Assembly: GCA_013214625.1 (NCBI GenBank)
Contig: JABSPO010000007.1
Location: forward strand, 7,805-71,804
Direction of reading: 5' to 3'
DNA length: 64,000 nt
Source: Flavobacteriaceae bacterium
GTDB lineage: Bacteria; Bacteroidota; Bacteroidia; Flavobacteriales; Flavobacteriaceae
This document shows, in pieces, positions 19,494 to 29,537 of the stretch. The notes beneath the pieces were generated by a model, which saw nothing but the letters and a program-made list of their open reading frames with translations, had not been told where the DNA came from and searched no databases. A program made the translations under genes and the position numbers. The number at the start of each line of letters is the position of its first letter. The stretch's first letter is position 1.

Positions 19494-20378
19494 TTAATTT
19501 CTATTATCTTCTCCCCACAATAACTTATTACGAAGTGTATGAAGAAAACTCTCTCCTTTTGGCTCTATCATATTTATATTAAAATCAGCTTTTTGAATGA
19601 TCAATTCTGTTCCGTTTTTAACCGTAATCACCCTAGAGTCTAACGAAACTAAATGCGAATCTTCCCTACCTCCAACAATCAGCTTTATTTCTGTTTCCTC
19701 AGGAATAACCAAAGGTCTTGCATTAAGGTTATGAGGTGCTATTGGAGTTAACACAAAACTATCCGAATCTGGCGCAACTACTGGCCCTCCACAACTCAAA
19801 GAGTACCCTGTAGACCCTGTTGGTGACGCAATAATTAATCCGTCAGCCCAATAAGATGTTAAGTACTCGTTATTTAAAAAAGTCTGAACCTTAATCATCG
19901 ATGTGGTGTTTTTTCTACTTACCGCAATCTCATTTAATGCGAAATTAAACTCTTCATCCAATCCCTCGATTTTTGTTTCACATTTAAGTCTCAATAAACT
20001 CCTTTCAGAAATACCATATTCTCCTTTGACGATTTCATCAATTGACGATTTTATTTTATCTTTTTGAATGGTTGCTAAAAACCCCATCCTACCAGTATTA
20101 ACACCTACTATAGGTATTCCTGAATTCCTAACATAGGATATCGATCTTAAAATAGTTCCATCCCCTCCAATACTGATAAAAAAGGAAAAGGAATCATCTA
20201 GATCTTTATACGAACTAAAGGACCTAAAATCTTCACTCGAAATTTGTTCTATATATTTTAAGGTTGAAGACTCAACATAAACTGAAACATCATGAATACT
20301 CAATTGCTCCAAAACTATACTCACATACTCTTTTGGGAAATTATTCTCAAACCTTCCGTAAATTGCAACTTTCATCAT
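19494..20378 (-). CDS. nadK: NAD kinase
   Basis: GGDGT motif, with ASPTGSTGYSLS and PHNL typical of NadK/PpnK. Confidence 0.9.
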   Translation of the reverse strand: MMKVAIYGRFENNFPKEYVSIVLEQLSIHDVSVYVESSTLKYIEQISSEDFRSFSSYKDLDDSFSFFISIGGDGTILRSISYVRNSGIPIVGVNTGRMGFLATIQKDKIKSSIDEIVKGEYGISERSLLRLKCETKIEGLDEEFNFALNEIAVSRKNTTSMIKVQTFLNNEYLTSYWADGLIIASPTGSTGYSLSCGGPVVAPDSDSFVLTPIAPHNLNARPLVIPEETEIKLIVGGREDSHLVSLDSRVITVKNGTELIIQKADFNINMIEPKGESFLHTLRNKLLWGEDNRN

Positions 20379-20380
20379 AG

Positions 20381-21034
20381 CTATATATCCAAATATTTCT
20401 TCAAATAATCCGATCTATCTTTTAAATCCTGCACATAGGATTCCTCTTCATGACCAGCAACAACCTCATACCCGTAACGAATAAATGTCTGAATAATATC
20501 TGTCAAGCCTGTGTTATTTATCTTAACAGTAATCTCCGCCGTATCGTTTTCAAATTTTGACAAAAAAACACCTAGCACCTTTGCGTTATTAGACTCTACA
20601 ATTTGAGAGATTTCGCTAAACGAGTACTCTTTCACTTCTTTCCTAACAACCAATACTGCTCCTGGCTCATAAAAAAATGGAGCCTGATCAAACAAACTTA
20701 TAATATCTTTCAATTCATAATAACCTACATACTCTCCTTCCTGTAATACAGGCATCACATTTGTTGAGTTTTGAGCAAACGCCTCAAGCACATCTAACCA
20801 ATTAGTAGTATTGTTTACGGAGAACAACTCTACAGCATATTGACAATCCTTTATAGTTAATTCTGATTCAAAACAATGAATGTCATTTTCAGAAATACAA
20901 CCTATAAACTCCTCTCCTAAACAGATAGGAATATGAGAATAGGTTAGATTATTAAACAGCTGCTGAATCAAACGAATTTTCTGATTTATTCCTACAGGTT
21001 TAATGTCATTTATAATGAGTTCACTAAGATTCAT
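20381..21034 (-). CDS. CBS domain-containing protein
   Basis: 217 aa with a pair of CBS-like repeats. It lies immediately upstream of nadK, an arrangement I recall as conserved in flavobacteria. Confidence 0.65.
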   Translation of the reverse strand: MNLSELIINDIKPVGINQKIRLIQQLFNNLTYSHIPICLGEEFIGCISENDIHCFESELTIKDCQYAVELFSVNNTTNWLDVLEAFAQNSTNVMPVLQEGEYVGYYELKDIISLFDQAPFFYEPGAVLVVRKEVKEYSFSEISQIVESNNAKVLGVFLSKFENDTAEITVKINNTGLTDIIQTFIRYGYEVVAGHEEESYVQDLKDRSDYLKKYLDI

Positions 21035-21082
21035 TAGTTATAAATTTATAATGCAAATTAACCAATTTATAGGAATAAGCCC

Positions 21083-21090
21083 TAAATTTG
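21083..21090 (+). promoter_or_regulatory. -7 box (TAAATTTG) upstream of pdxJ
   Basis: 19 nt upstream of ATG 21109. Confidence 0.5.
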
Positions 21091-21108
21091 TCTCTCAATT
21101 TTTCAACG

Positions 21109-21825
21109 ATGACAAAGTTAAGCGTAAACATAAATAAAATTGCAACTCTTAGAAATTCTAGAGGCGGAAACACACCAAACTTACTACACGTAGCTAGTGA
21201 CATTGAACGATTTGGCGCAGAAGGAATTACCATACACCCAAGACCTGATGAAAGACACATCAGATACCAAGACGCAAGAGATTTAAGTGAAATTGTAACT
21301 ACTGAATTTAACATAGAAGGAAACCCTAACGATAAATTTATTCAATTAGTTCTGGAAACAAACCCCACTCAGGTTACATTAGTTCCTGACGCAGTAAATG
21401 CAATTACCTCAAATGCAGGATGGGACACCATTAAACACCATGATTTCCTTACAGATGTTATTGCAGAATTTAAAAGAAACAACATCAGGACTTCTGTTTT
21501 TGTTAACCCATCTTTAAAAATGATTGAAGGCGCAAAAAAAATTAACGCAGACAGAATAGAATTATACACGGAAGAGTTTGCTGATCAATTCACCAAAGGA
21601 AACCCAAAAGCTATAAAACCATATACTGAATGCGCAATTTTAGCAAATGATTTAAATATTGGAGTAAATGCCGGACACGATCTAAGCTTAGATAATATTA
21701 AATTTTTCAAAGAAAACATCCCTGGACTACTTGAAGTATCTATCGGTCATGCATTAATTTCCGAATCAATCTATTTAGGAATTGAAAATGTAATTAACAT
21801 GTACTTAAACAAATTAAAAAACTAA
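21109..21825 (+). CDS. pdxJ: Pyridoxine 5'-phosphate synthase
   Basis: MTKLSVNINKIATLRNSRGG, HPRPDERH and NAGHDL motifs. ATG 21109 is preferred because the track's TTG 21088 lies inside a TAAATTTG -7 box. Confidence 0.9.
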   Translation: MTKLSVNINKIATLRNSRGGNTPNLLHVASDIERFGAEGITIHPRPDERHIRYQDARDLSEIVTTEFNIEGNPNDKFIQLVLETNPTQVTLVPDAVNAITSNAGWDTIKHHDFLTDVIAEFKRNNIRTSVFVNPSLKMIEGAKKINADRIELYTEEFADQFTKGNPKAIKPYTECAILANDLNIGVNAGHDLSLDNIKFFKENIPGLLEVSIGHALISESIYLGIENVINMYLNKLKN

Positions 21826-21860
21826 AAAACCATATATTCAAAACGAATTTCTTAAACTAT

Positions 21861-22622
21861 ATGAAATTATTACACTCCAAAATCCTAGGGACCGGACAAC
21901 CCTTTTTAATCCTTCATGGATTTCTAGGAATGTCTGACAACTGGAAAACACTAGGTAATAAATACGCTGAGGATTTTGAGGTTCACTTAATTGACCAACG
22001 AAATCACGGAAGAAGTTTTCATTCTGAAGAATTCTCATACAACCTAATGGTTGACGATTTAAAAAACTACATTGATTTTTATAAGTTAGAAAACTGCACA
22101 ATACTAGGTCACTCTATGGGTGGAAAAACGGCTATGCAATTTGCACTAACCTACCCGGAGTTAGTTCAGAAATTAATTGTTGCTGACATTGCACCGAAAA
22201 CATACCCCGCTCATCATCAATATATATTAAAAGCTCTATCTGAGGTTGATTTCTCAATCCAAAAATCAAGAAAAGAAATTGAGTTTATCTTAAGCAAATA
22301 CATCACTGAAGCTGGAATTATCCAATTTTTAATGAAGAATATTTACAGAAAAGAAAAAACTGAATTAGCATACCGCTTCAACCTACCAGTACTACTAAAA
22401 AAATATAACGAAGTAGTCATTACTTATCAATCTACAAGCAAATTCAAAAAACCCACTTTATTCTTAAAAGGCAGTAATTCAAACTACATTACACCCGATG
22501 ACGCCATAACAATTAAGCGCAATTTCCCTGAAGCACACATTTACGAAATCAGTAATTCCGGGCATTGGCTTCACGCCGAACAACCTCAAGAATTCTACAA
22601 GAAAACTATGCAGTTTTGCTAA
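21861..22622 (+). CDS. Alpha/beta-fold hydrolase
   Basis: HGFLG, the nucleophile elbow GHSMGG, and a C-terminal GHW..E segment. Confidence 0.8.
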   Translation: MKLLHSKILGTGQPFLILHGFLGMSDNWKTLGNKYAEDFEVHLIDQRNHGRSFHSEEFSYNLMVDDLKNYIDFYKLENCTILGHSMGGKTAMQFALTYPELVQKLIVADIAPKTYPAHHQYILKALSEVDFSIQKSRKEIEFILSKYITEAGIIQFLMKNIYRKEKTELAYRFNLPVLLKKYNEVVITYQSTSKFKKPTLFLKGSNSNYITPDDAITIKRNFPEAHIYEISNSGHWLHAEQPQEFYKKTMQFC

Positions 22623-22694
22623 ATTATTTGTATTATTGCTATGCATACATAACATGCACAACGAATTAACTTAATCAGAAATTAAATTTTTATT

Positions 22695-23942
22695 ATGAAA
22701 AAACTCTTATCTTTTGTTTTGTTTTTTCTTGCGGGATCTACACTATATGCTGGTGGTTATAGAGTATCTATCCAAGGACAAAGACAATTAGCAATGGGGC
22801 ATACTGGTGTAGCTGTAATTAGCAGTGCTGAGTCTGTCTTTTTTAATCCAGCTAGTATTTCATTTTTGGATGGAAAAATGAACTTTTCACTTGGAGTCTC
22901 TGGAATAATAGGCGAAACACGTTATGAAAACAAAACTTATGGTATTGCAGAAAACACTAACAATCCACTTGGAACACCTTTTAACGTTTACGCAACTTAC
23001 AAAGCTAACGACTGGCTTTCATTTGGACTAGGAATATACACTCCCTACGGTAGTTCAGTTGAATGGGAAAAAGATTGGGCTGGCTCACACTTAGTAAATA
23101 ACATTGAGTTAAAAGCTATTTTTGTTCAACCTACTATTGCACTAAAAATTAGTGACAAATTAAGTATTGGTGGTGGAGCAATTTATGCAAACGGTTCTGT
23201 CAACTTTAATAAAAATTTAAGTAGATCTTTAGTAGACATTGATGGAAACAGAACAAATGTTACCATAGAGGAAAAAGGAATTACTGCATGGGGATACACT
23301 ATTGGGGTAATGATAAAACCAATAGAAAAATTAAATATTGGTTTCAACTACCGTTCAAAAGTAGATATGGTTGTTGAAGGTGGTGAAGCTGATTTTGAGA
23401 ATGTACCCTCATCATTACCAAATGATTTATCTGACGGAACATTCAATGCAACATTACCGATGCCTGCAGAAATAACAGTAGGGCTTTCTTATGAGTTTTG
23501 CGAAAAATTCTTATTTGCTTTTGACTACAACTTTGCAAAATGGAGCGAATATGAAGCATTAACCGTTGAGTTTTCAAATGATATTGGTATCTCAACTAAC
23601 CCAAGAAACTACAAAGATTCTGAAACATTTAGATTTGGACTTCAATATAAAGCCTGCGACAAGATAACCTTAAGAACAGGTATTTACTTTGACGAGTCTC
23701 CAGTACAAGATGGATATTTTGCTCCAGAAACTCCTCGTAACGATTCTGTAGGGTATACAGGAGGTTTGTCTTATAAAGTAAATGATAAATTATCGATTGA
23801 CGCATCATTCTTATACTTACATTTTGAAGAAATTGACAATTCATATGACCATTACCAAGAAGGAGGACAAAACGTGCCATTTGAAGGAACATACAAATCA
23901 TCTGTAATAGCTCCAGGTATAGGAATATCATATAAATTATAA
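22695..23942 (+). CDS. Outer membrane transport protein, OMPP1/FadL/TodX family
   Basis: Signal peptide followed by GGYRVSIQGQRQLAMGHTGVA, a FadL-like N-terminal hatch segment. Beta-barrel periodicity throughout, ending SYKL. Confidence 0.75.
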   Translation: MKKLLSFVLFFLAGSTLYAGGYRVSIQGQRQLAMGHTGVAVISSAESVFFNPASISFLDGKMNFSLGVSGIIGETRYENKTYGIAENTNNPLGTPFNVYATYKANDWLSFGLGIYTPYGSSVEWEKDWAGSHLVNNIELKAIFVQPTIALKISDKLSIGGGAIYANGSVNFNKNLSRSLVDIDGNRTNVTIEEKGITAWGYTIGVMIKPIEKLNIGFNYRSKVDMVVEGGEADFENVPSSLPNDLSDGTFNATLPMPAEITVGLSYEFCEKFLFAFDYNFAKWSEYEALTVEFSNDIGISTNPRNYKDSETFRFGLQYKACDKITLRTGIYFDESPVQDGYFAPETPRNDSVGYTGGLSYKVNDKLSIDASFLYLHFEEIDNSYDHYQEGGQNVPFEGTYKSSVIAPGIGISYKL

Positions 23943-23962
23943 GGTTTTTAAAAGAAAAAATT

Positions 23963-25477
23963 ATGAAAAACATAAAATATATAGCAATTATAGCTCTAGG
24001 CTTAATAGCCTGTGAGCCTGAACTAGATAATTCAGTAGAAGACGCTGGTTTTTATTCAGCAGGAACAGCTGATTTTAGCACTTTTGTATCAGTTGGAAAT
24101 TCACTTACCGCAGGATATGCTGATGGTACAGTTTACTTAGAAGGACAAAAATATTCATACCCAAATATATTAGCAGATAGATTTAGCCATGTTGGCGGTG
24201 GAACATTCACCCAACCATTAGTTAGTGACAATATAGGGGGACTGATATTAAGCGGGAATCCTATCCCTGGTTTTGACACAAGACTAGTACTTACAGGCGA
24301 CCCGTTAGCGCCAGCTAATTTAGATGAAATACCAACTACGGAGGTGAGTAACATTTTAACTGGTCCATTTAACAATATGAGTGCGCCGGGAGCAAAATCG
24401 TTTCACTTATTATCTGACGCTTATGGAAATATTTCTGGAGTAGAAACAGGTACAGCAAACCCTTACTTTGTGAGAATGGCCTCTAGCTCATCAGCTACAA
24501 TGCTTGGCGATGCAGTTGCTCAAAACCCAACGTTTTTTTCATTATGGATAGGGAATAATGATATTTTATCGTTTGCTACTTCTGGAGGAGTTGGAGTTGA
24601 CCAATTAGGAAACACAAACCCATTAACCCACGGTCCAAACGACATCACTGACCCTACATTATTTCACGGAACATATGACGCCATATTATCAGGCTTAACA
24701 ACTAACGGTGCAAAAGGAGTCGTAATGAACTTACCAAGTGTAACTTCAATACCTTTCTTCACATATGTTGACCACAACCCGGTGCCTTTAGACGCCGCTA
24801 CTGCAGGTTTTTTAAATAGCGCAAATGCTTATGGTGCGTACAATGCTGGAATCCAAGGTGCATTTGCTTATTTAGTAAGTGTTAGCGCCATTACTCAAGC
24901 AGATGCTGATTTAGAAATAATAAAAAGAACAATTATTTTTTCTGAATCCGCAAACAATGCCCTTGTAATTATGGATGAAAGCTTAACTGATTTGACAGGA
25001 ATAAATTCCGATTTAGTTAGTATGAGACAAGCTACTCCTGCAGACCTTATTCTTCTAACTACAGGCCCTGTCATTGGAACTTTGGCGATAGAGGGAGACC
25101 CTACATCAGTTATTGGTGTTAGCTTACCATTAAATGATAGTCAAGTATTAACAGAAAGTGAAGTAACAATGATCACTAATGCGCAAACAGCATACAACAA
25201 TTCTATTAGTATGCTTGCCGCAGCTAACGAAGACGTAATTTTAGTTGATGTTAAAGCTGCTATGGAGCAACTATCTAATGGAGGCTTATCATCTAACGGT
25301 GTAACTATTACAGGTGTTTATGCAACAGGTGGAGGTTTTTCTTTAGATGGTGTTCACCCAACAGCTAGAGGATATGCATTTATTTCTAACATAATTCTTA
25401 AGAGAATTAACGAGGAGTTTAATGCTACAATCCCAGAAACCAACACTGGTAATTACCCAACAGCATATATTGACTAA
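23963..25477 (+). CDS. SGNH/GDSL hydrolase-family lipoprotein
   Basis: Lipobox (LIAC). SGNH blocks are VGNSLTAGY (I), WIGNNDIL (III) and DGVHPT (V). Confidence 0.75.
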   Translation: MKNIKYIAIIALGLIACEPELDNSVEDAGFYSAGTADFSTFVSVGNSLTAGYADGTVYLEGQKYSYPNILADRFSHVGGGTFTQPLVSDNIGGLILSGNPIPGFDTRLVLTGDPLAPANLDEIPTTEVSNILTGPFNNMSAPGAKSFHLLSDAYGNISGVETGTANPYFVRMASSSSATMLGDAVAQNPTFFSLWIGNNDILSFATSGGVGVDQLGNTNPLTHGPNDITDPTLFHGTYDAILSGLTTNGAKGVVMNLPSVTSIPFFTYVDHNPVPLDAATAGFLNSANAYGAYNAGIQGAFAYLVSVSAITQADADLEIIKRTIIFSESANNALVIMDESLTDLTGINSDLVSMRQATPADLILLTTGPVIGTLAIEGDPTSVIGVSLPLNDSQVLTESEVTMITNAQTAYNNSISMLAAANEDVILVDVKAAMEQLSNGGLSSNGVTITGVYATGGGFSLDGVHPTARGYAFISNIILKRINEEFNATIPETNTGNYPTAYID

Positions 25478-25500
25478 TTATAGTTTAGTTTATAAAATTT

Positions 25501-25533
25501 AAAAAACGTTGCCAAATTGGCAACGTTTTTTTT
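25501..25533 (+). terminator. Rho-independent terminator after the SGNH hydrolase gene
   Basis: AACGTTGCC-loop-GGCAACGTT followed by T8. Confidence 0.85.
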
Positions 25534-25573
25534 GTGGTATACTTTTAGCGTTACACTTTACAAATAACACTAG

Positions 25574-25921
25574 ATGAATTATATATTAAAAATACTATTA
25601 AGTGCTATTGCAGTTTTTGCTTTAGCCAACATACTACCAGGAATCACAATTGAAAGCTATATCACTGCAATCATCGTCGCAATAGTACTTGGCTTCCTAA
25701 ATACATTGGTTCGTCCCTTATTAATTTTCTTTACAATCCCACTCACAATAGTAACCCTAGGTCTATTTCTATTTGTTATTAATGCTGTTATAATATTAAT
25801 AGCAGGGTATTTTATTAGTGGCTTTACGGTAACTAGTATATTCTGGGCATTGTTATTTAGCATACTACTTTCTGTTTTACAATCGGCACTACATAAAGTA
25901 TTAAAAGAGAATAAAAAATAA
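25574..25921 (+). CDS. Small 4-TM membrane protein (phage holin 4 / YvlD-like family)
   Basis: 115 aa with four hydrophobic helices. The FLNTLVRPLL segment is typical of this family. It is a stand-alone gene. Confidence 0.6.
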   Translation: MNYILKILLSAIAVFALANILPGITIESYITAIIVAIVLGFLNTLVRPLLIFFTIPLTIVTLGLFLFVINAVIILIAGYFISGFTVTSIFWALLFSILLSVLQSALHKVLKENKK

Positions 25922-25984
25922 ATTAAAAAAGTTGGCTTTTAATACACAAAACCAGCTCATTAAACCACTGGTGGCTGCAAAAAA

Positions 25985-26015
25985 TTTGTAAGCTTATAAA
26001 AATGTGCTATTTTTG
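25985..26015 (+). promoter_or_regulatory. Bacteroidota sigma-A-type promoter of tig (TTTG -33, TATTTTTG -7)
   Basis: TTTG at 25985-25988 and TATTTTTG at 26008-26015 are separated by 19 nt. The ATG is 34 nt downstream. Confidence 0.55.
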
Positions 26016-26048
26016 CACACGTAAATTTACTATTTCAAATAGATTAAT

Positions 26049-27371
26049 ATGAATATCACACGAGAAAACATTGACGCACTTAATGCTGTTGTAACAGTTG
26101 CAATCGAAAAAAAAGATTATAACAAAAAAGTAGAAAAAATTCTACTTGACTACCGCAAAAAAGCCAATATCCCTGGTTTTCGTAAAGGCCAAGTACCAAT
26201 GGGAATGGTTAAGAAGCAGTACGGTAAAGCAGTATTAGTTGATGAAGTAAATAAAATATTACAAGAGAACTTAAACAAATATCTTGCGGCCGAAAAACTT
26301 GATTTATTAGGAAATCCTTTACCTAGGAAACAAGATGATTTAAACTGGGATGGGGAAGATTTCTCTTTTCAATTTGAATTAGGCTTAGCTCCAAGTTTTG
26401 ACGTAAACTTAAAAAACAAAGAAGCCATTACACAATATAATATTGTTGCTGATGAAAAAACAATCAACGATCAAATAGAAAACATCAGAAAACAATACGG
26501 TAAAATTAGTGCTACTACTGAAATCACTGAAGAAACTGAAATTACAGGGGTTTTCAAAAATGAAGAAAAAGCAATTGAAAGCACCACTACTTTTAGCTTA
26601 GATAAAATTAAAGGTAAAACTAATACTGGAAAATTTTTAAAAGCTAAAATTGGAGATATTCTTATTCTTAAAACAGAAAACTTATTTAACCAAGAGCATG
26701 ATTTAATAAGCGCGTTAAAAGTAAGTAATGAGGATGTTCAAGGATCAGATATTGAAGTTACATTTGAAATTACTGAAACTAACAATAGAGCGTTAGCAGA
26801 AATGGATCAAGAATTCTTTGACAAATTATTTGGTAAAGATATTGTTAAATCTGAAAGTGAACTTAAAGCACGTTTAAAGGAAGATGCTGGGAAACAATTT
26901 GCACAACAAGCCGATCAACGTTTATTAAATGATGTAACTGAACATTTAGTTGAGAATACAAAATTTGATTTACCACAGACGTTCTTAGAAAAATGGATGC
27001 AAAATTCCGGAGAGAATCCTTTAACTGAAGAGCAAGCAAAAGAAGAATACGCTAAATCAGAAAAAGCTTTACGTTACCAATTAATTGAAGGAAAGTTGTT
27101 AAAAGAAAATGACATCCAAGTTCAATTTGAAGACTTAAAGGCACATACTACAGAAACGGTAAGAGCTCAAATGGCTCAGTTTGGTCAAACGAATCCTTCA
27201 GATGAAGAATTAGAAGGGATTGTTGCTAGAGTATTATCAAACCAAGATGAAGCTAGAAAATTAGGCGAACAATTGGTAAGTAAAAAATTATTAACTTTTT
27301 ACAAAGACAATATAAACTTAAAAGTAAAAGAATTGAACTATGAAGAGTTCATTAAGGAAGTTTATAACTAA
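26049..27371 (+). CDS. tig: Trigger factor
   Basis: 440 aa with the ribosome-binding motif GFRKGQVP near the N-terminus. It lies upstream of clpP-clpX. Confidence 0.9.
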   Translation: MNITRENIDALNAVVTVAIEKKDYNKKVEKILLDYRKKANIPGFRKGQVPMGMVKKQYGKAVLVDEVNKILQENLNKYLAAEKLDLLGNPLPRKQDDLNWDGEDFSFQFELGLAPSFDVNLKNKEAITQYNIVADEKTINDQIENIRKQYGKISATTEITEETEITGVFKNEEKAIESTTTFSLDKIKGKTNTGKFLKAKIGDILILKTENLFNQEHDLISALKVSNEDVQGSDIEVTFEITETNNRALAEMDQEFFDKLFGKDIVKSESELKARLKEDAGKQFAQQADQRLLNDVTEHLVENTKFDLPQTFLEKWMQNSGENPLTEEQAKEEYAKSEKALRYQLIEGKLLKENDIQVQFEDLKAHTTETVRAQMAQFGQTNPSDEELEGIVARVLSNQDEARKLGEQLVSKKLLTFYKDNINLKVKELNYEEFIKEVYN

Positions 27372-27464
27372 AAAAAAATACAAAGAAATTTAAGTACCTT
27401 TAAAGCGTTAAACTTTTTGGTTTGACACTTTTTTGTTTAAATTGATAAAAATTATAGTCTACAT

Positions 27465-28142
27465 ATGAATTACGGTAAAGAATTTGAAAAATACGCTACT
27501 AAGCACCACGGGATAAACAGCATGCATTACACTAAAATAGTAAGTAGTATGTACCCTCAAGGCACAACTCCTTACATTATAGAAGAGCGTCAGTTAAACG
27601 TTACTCAAATGGATGTATTCTCTCGTTTAATGATGGATAGAATTATCTTTTTAGGTACAGCTATAGACGATCAAATTGCCAATATTATTCAAGCGCAATT
27701 ATTATTTTTAGAAAGCATTGATTCCTCTAAGGATATTCAAATTTACATTAACTCTCCAGGAGGTAGTGTTTATGCTGGGTTAGGGATTTATGACACCATG
27801 CAGTTCATTAAACCAGATGTAGCAACTATCTGTACAGGTATGGCGGCATCAATGGGTGCAGTGTTATTATGTGCTGGAGCTCCTGGGAAAAGATCAGGAT
27901 TAACTCACTCTAGAGTTATGATTCACCAACCTTTAGGGGGAGCGCAAGGTCAGGCGAGTGACATAGAAATTACCGCTAGAGAAATTCTTACCTTAAAGAA
28001 AGAATTATTCGAAATTATTGCTAACCATTCTGGGCAAGACTACGATAAAGTATACAAAGATTCTGATAGAGATTATTGGATGAAAGCTGATAAAGCGAAA
28101 GAATACGGAATGATTGATGAAATATTAGTTAGAGAAAAATAA
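27465..28142 (+). CDS. clpP: ATP-dependent Clp protease proteolytic subunit
   Basis: GMAASMGA (Ser), IHQP (His) and DRD (Asp). Confidence 0.95.
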   Translation: MNYGKEFEKYATKHHGINSMHYTKIVSSMYPQGTTPYIIEERQLNVTQMDVFSRLMMDRIIFLGTAIDDQIANIIQAQLLFLESIDSSKDIQIYINSPGGSVYAGLGIYDTMQFIKPDVATICTGMAASMGAVLLCAGAPGKRSGLTHSRVMIHQPLGGAQGQASDIEITAREILTLKKELFEIIANHSGQDYDKVYKDSDRDYWMKADKAKEYGMIDEILVREK

Positions 28143-28148
28143 AAGAAG

Positions 28149-29381
28149 ATGTCGAAAGAAGAATTATCATGTTCATTTTGTGGAAGAAAAAAACCCGAAA
28201 CCAGCTTATTAATAGCCGGTTTAGATGCGCATATTTGTGACCAATGTATTGAACAAGCACATGGAATAGTTTTAGAAGAAGCTACCGAAAGTGATGATGA
28301 CGCGCTATCTGCTGAATTAAGCTTAAGAAAACCTAAAGACATTAAAGCTTTTCTTGATGAATACATCATTGGCCAAGATTTTAGTAAAAAAGTGATTTCT
28401 GTTGCAGTTTATAATCACTACAAAAGGTTATTACAACCAAAAAGTGACGATGATGTAGAAATACAGAAAAGTAACATTATAATGGTTGGACAAACTGGTA
28501 CTGGAAAAACATTAATGGCAAAAACAATTGCTAAAATGTTAAACATTCCTTTAGCTATTGTTGACGCTACAGTACTTACTGAGGCTGGTTATGTAGGAGA
28601 AGATGTAGAAACTATTTTAACACGTTTACTACAAGCTGCCGACTATAACTTGGAGAAAGCTGAAAAAGGAATTGTTTTTATTGATGAAATAGATAAAATT
28701 GCCAGAAAAAGTGACAACCCATCAATCACAAGAGATGTATCTGGAGAAGGTGTACAACAAGCCTTGTTGAAACTTTTAGAAGGAACCGTTGTAAATGTAC
28801 CACCAAAAGGAGGTAGAAAACATCCGGATCAGAAATTTATTGAAGTAAATACAGAAAACATCCTATTTATTGCTGGTGGAGCATTTGACGGTATTGAAAG
28901 AGCTATCACCAAAAGATTGAATATGCAAGCTGTTGGATATAGCGCTTCAAAAGAGGAAGATAAAATTGATGAAAACAACTTACTTCAATACATAATTCCT
29001 AAAGACTTAAAAGACTTTGGTTTAATCCCTGAAATCATTGGTAGACTTCCTGTACTAACATACATGGATCCGTTAGACACCAAAACACTTAGAGCTATTT
29101 TAACAGAGCCTAAAAATGCAATCATCAAACAATACCAAAAGTTGTTTGAAATGGATGATATTACATTTGAAATTACAGATGATGCATTAGAATATATTGT
29201 TGAAAAAGCAATTGATTATAAACTAGGAGCAAGGGGCTTACGCTCGTTATGCGAATCTATTTTAACGGATGCTATGTTTGAACTTCCAAGTTCTGACGAG
29301 AAAAGCCTAGTAGTAGACAGAAATTACGCAGAAAAAAAATTAACAAAATCAACGTTAAGCAAACTTAAAGCCGTTTCTTAA
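28149..29381 (+). CDS. clpX: ATP-dependent Clp protease ATP-binding subunit ClpX
   Basis: N-terminal zinc finger CSFCGR...CDQC, Walker A GQTGTGKT, Walker B FIDEIDK. Confidence 0.95.
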   Translation: MSKEELSCSFCGRKKPETSLLIAGLDAHICDQCIEQAHGIVLEEATESDDDALSAELSLRKPKDIKAFLDEYIIGQDFSKKVISVAVYNHYKRLLQPKSDDDVEIQKSNIIMVGQTGTGKTLMAKTIAKMLNIPLAIVDATVLTEAGYVGEDVETILTRLLQAADYNLEKAEKGIVFIDEIDKIARKSDNPSITRDVSGEGVQQALLKLLEGTVVNVPPKGGRKHPDQKFIEVNTENILFIAGGAFDGIERAITKRLNMQAVGYSASKEEDKIDENNLLQYIIPKDLKDFGLIPEIIGRLPVLTYMDPLDTKTLRAILTEPKNAIIKQYQKLFEMDDITFEITDDALEYIVEKAIDYKLGARGLRSLCESILTDAMFELPSSDEKSLVVDRNYAEKKLTKSTLSKLKAVS

Positions 29382-29400
29382 CTAGACTATTAATATCCAA

Positions 29401-29443
29401 ATGTCATTACTATTAAGGAAACTTTTTGGTAATGACATTTTTA
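29401..29443 (+). terminator. Terminator after clpX
   Basis: ATGTCATTAC ... GTAATGACAT 10-bp stem (18-nt loop) followed by T5. Confidence 0.6.
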
Positions 29444-29537
29444 ATTCCACCTGTGGTGTTTTCCTCTAGAGATTTACTGCTCTAAAAAGAACATTGTAAT
29501 TCATACTTGGTGTGAGACACATAGAATACATTTATTT

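Noticed and set aside
25574-25921. Whether the phage holin-family gene marks a prophage.
   Set aside because: It is a single gene flanked by housekeeping genes (an SGNH hydrolase and tig), with no lysin, capsid, tail, integrase or att-like features. This family is widespread as a chromosomal membrane protein.
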